The translations under genes were made by a program, and so were the position numbers. Below, in pieces: positions 60,717 through 64,000 of a stretch of DNA of 64,000 bases. A model generated the notes under the pieces. It saw nothing but the letters and a program-made list of their open reading frames with translations. It had not been told where the DNA came from and did no database searches. The stretch covers positions 434,001 to 498,000 of the forward strand of contig CM039009.1 of the NCBI GenBank assembly GCA_017499595.2, in the 5' to 3' direction. Numbering within the stretch: the first letter of the stretch is position 1; every line of letters begins with the position of its first letter. Origin of the DNA: Psilocybe cubensis (taxonomy: Eukaryota).

Positions 60717-63700
60717 ATGTCCCAGCACAAACCTCTTCCAGATCTGCCGCCAAACTATGCATTGTCAGTAGAATCACGAAATCACCGTGCAGGTCTCATT
60801 CGACATTTCTTGGAAGATATTCATGAACCTGGAATCGAGGCGCGTCGCGATGGATGGGTGTGCGTGTTTGAGGAGGCTTTGGACGAGATGAGCGAGGAAA
60901 TAGAACGCGAAAACTGGCTGGCAGCGGTGAAGCGAGGAAAACAGTTGAAAAAGAGTCTCGGGAAACCCTCGTCAAGCTCCAAAACCATTCGAGCGACCCC
61001 CGTCAGAGCACCACCTGAAGCAGCCAAGGATAGTTCCAAGGAAGATACCACTGCTGGCTCCCAGACTAGCAAAGATGATACCAACATTCTAGCCTCCACA
61101 TCCACCGGACCTTCTCCTTTCCAACGCCTCTTTGACTTAAATTCTCGCCCGCACATACCTGCAGGAAAGCACCGTCCTGGGCATCTACTACTCTGCTTGT
61201 CACCACATGGAAGACGACTGCCTTTGCCAACCGAAGATAGCGGTTTCGACGTCCTACCTGCTAACATAGGATGTACTTTCTCACCTGCAACGTTCACTCT
61301 GAAGAAAACCGAAACCGAGTCGGAGACCACTATTTTGTACGGGCTAGATGGGCTAGAACGTAAGTTTTGATATAAAACGTTTTGACTAACTGGCTCTAAG
61401 CAACCCTCTCATAGATGATTATCTTGACACCCAGTTACGGTTAATTGGAGGAACATTTACATTGAAGGGCGTGAATTCCCCCATGCAACATATGCTACTT
61501 TCAAAGGTCCTTCGCCTTGCGATATACATTCACCTGGCTCTGATTCTTGAGCAACGTCTTCTTCGTGACAGTGGAGTGGAAGTTAAATTCACTCGGCCTA
61601 AACTTCCCGTACCATCACCATCGACACCCAGCAACCCCGCATTGGAGAAAGGGGTCAATCAATGGAGGCCGACCCGTCCCAAAATGCGGAATATCCCATC
61701 GAGTTTCACGAATTTCTTCATGAAGAGAAGTCTGAGCCACAGGTCACAAACAATAAATTCCGTTGGGCGTGGGGGTTCTCTAGATTTAACCGTGAACCTC
61801 GTTCATGCTCCGACAGTTGATATTCCAGTAGATTCATCTCCCCGCAGATCAACTGATGGACATGGATTCAGCGGGTTGCGCCTTAATCGGTTCTCGTTTC
61901 TAGGAGAACGTCGTTTATCTCTGCGGAGATCGACACATTCCTCTACTCCAGTCGATAGCGGGGCTATCACGCCATCCTTACCCTTTGTTGTTGCTTTGAA
62001 GCGTATTGAAGAATCCAAAGGTTTTTTGTCAACATCCCCGGGTGTCATACTCAACGCCCCTAAACTTCTCGTGGACTTGGCCGACAAGGAGAATCTTAGT
62101 ATCGCTGACCTTGAGAATCAGCCACCCAAAAGGCGACTCAAAGGCGACGAAAGACTGGCTTTGACGAGTTTGTTAGGTTGGGATGGAAAGGACGCAGAAG
62201 GACGCGGAATGTCTGGTATCCTCGGTTTCGTTCGCCAACAACAAATTTCAGTGTTATGTTCAACCCACGTGCCTCCGGTCGCTCCCGCCAAGACTCCCGC
62301 CAATGTTGCTCCATCTCCATCCTTGACGAACACGTCTGATATTCCCAGTCAAGGCTCCTCCACCTTTACAACGAATAGTACGGCATCCTCCTCAAGTGGG
62401 GCATCTGTTGCCACAGTCTCTCCCAACAACGTCAAGACACCTCCTTTTAACCTACCTACGTCCGGTCTGTCACCTTGCGGTAAACCACACTGGATAACAT
62501 ATCGATATTATTCGAATGGCGATAGTACATTGGGTGAATGGATCGAAGAATTCACAAAGTCAAGTAATTTACCTTGTGATAGGCCGGAATGTAAATTTAC
62601 CAGGGGACAACACGAGATTAGAGTTATTCATGACGGAGTCAGGATCACATTCCGTTCCTCTAAGACTTCAACGGAAGCAAAGAAGGACGAAGGAGAGACC
62701 GAAGGGAAGTCGAAGGAGGAGAAGCCAGTTGGCACCCACGATGCAAATGAAATTAACGACGAACAGCATATTAGCGTGTGGGAGACCTGTGCTGTCTGTA
62801 ATGCAAGCACTTCAAGAAAATTAATGGACGATGGAACCTAGTACGCTTGCTATATTGTGTATCCAGTTTCAAGGACTTGCTGACTCGTTTCTCAGCTTAA
62901 TCTCATACGCTAAATTTCTTGAACTCATTATTTATTCGCCATCAATACACGTTTTGACGCCTCCCCTGTGCGACCACACAAATCCATCGTCTGGGCCGTC
63001 GAATTCCCTTCATCCATCTAGGTTCAACATTATCCGACATTTCTCTACACCCCTTGGTCAAATATCGCTGTCGCTTTCGAAGATCGAGGACATCTTTGAA
63101 TTCAGGGTGCCTCGATTGCAAATAACCCGTGGGACTGAAAGATCATCCCCTACTCCCACCAGATACGATTCAAAACCAGAACCTGAGACAACCGTAGACA
63201 AAAAGAAATTTCTGAGGAAAGAGATTAAAAGATGGTGGGAAGGAGTCGCGGACCACATTGACAAAATAGTGCGCTGAATTCCCTCCCTCTTTTGAATTCA
63301 AATAGGCTTATGACGTAACCATCGTAGGAGAAAGTCCTGAACTCCGAGGACGCTACTCAGAAGGCATTGCCACGTTTGCCGTCAATAGACGATGAATATG
63401 CTGCCTTTGATGTTACTGCTGAAGGATCCGGGTCAGTTACCCCAAGAGCCGTTTCTCCTTTGCCTTCTTTGCCACCGACGGCCCCCAATTCTCCGTCAAA
63501 AGATCATGGGCCAAATACATCATACTTCACCACCCAATCCAGTGTCAGCACGGATACGCAGGCATCGAAAGCGCCAACAGTGCCACCTAAAGAGGATCCG
63601 GGGCGACTGCTTTCCACGTTGCGACATAACTTCCAAAAGATTGAACAATCTCTCTACAGCCAATTAGCGAAGACACCCGAAACATCTTTGAATGATGTTA

Positions 63701-64000
63701 GAAGGTCTTTCATTGCGACTGGGAAAGGCACACAGAAAAGACTCAAAGCGTGGCAGAAGAAACATCTTTCCAGTTCGAAAGCGAAGGAAGTGGGTGATTT
63801 GATCGCCGAAGAGCCAGAATGGTGGGGTAAAGGATGTCACGCTGTCCCAGGAGGCAATATCATTGTGAGAGAGGATGATTGGGGAAGTATCATTGCACAC
63901 ACGCTCAGGTATGTCTTTTTCCCCAGCAATTTTGTCCTCTTTTCTTTTCTCGGAAATGAACATGTTTTCCAAATTTGACTCTACTTTTAGTACTACCGAC
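60717..64000 (+). CDS. Fab1/PIKfyve-like phosphatidylinositol-phosphate kinase (5' part; runs off the window)
   Basis: Fab1-like segments: TFTLKG...LSKVLRLAIYIHLALILEQRLLRD (end of the CCT-like domain), Y....D.TLGEWI..CDRPEC, WETCAVC, SYAKFLELIIY, and IIVREDDWGSIIAHTL, the motif that precedes the PIP5K domain. The kinase domain itself is outside the window. Confidence 0.7.

Overview
Intron-rich fungal genomic DNA, most likely from an Agaricomycete/Agaricales mushroom (inferred from short GT-AG introns, microexons and gene families; the species cannot be determined from the sequence). Genes in order: a non-mating-type homeodomain factor (-), a bromodomain protein (+) inside a ~13 kb simple-repeat zone, a TIR-bounded non-autonomous element, a fungal 7TM-like protein (+), a phospholipase D (+), a hispidin-synthase-like NRPS-PKS hybrid (-), a Prm10/ThrE (DUF1212) membrane protein (-), a heavily decayed second copy of the PKS (-) next to a tRNA-Gly(TCC), a CLPTM1-like protein (+), a frameshifted F-box gene (-), cyclophilin H (+), alcohol oxidase (-) and the 5' part of a FYVE-less Fab1-like kinase (+). 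The best candidate for an undescribed system is the A-ACP-KS-AT-DH-KR-ACP hybrid: all its catalytic motifs look intact, including the reductive domains reported missing in the luciferin-pathway HispS, and a fossil paralogue lies about 6 kb upstream. Other signals are bromodomain-gene introns with G/T-rich 5' ends and A/C-rich 3' ends, a 3-nt microexon in the cyclophilin active site, and two interlocked perfect palindromes. Exon boundaries were read by eye, and family assignments come from recalled motifs, not database searches.
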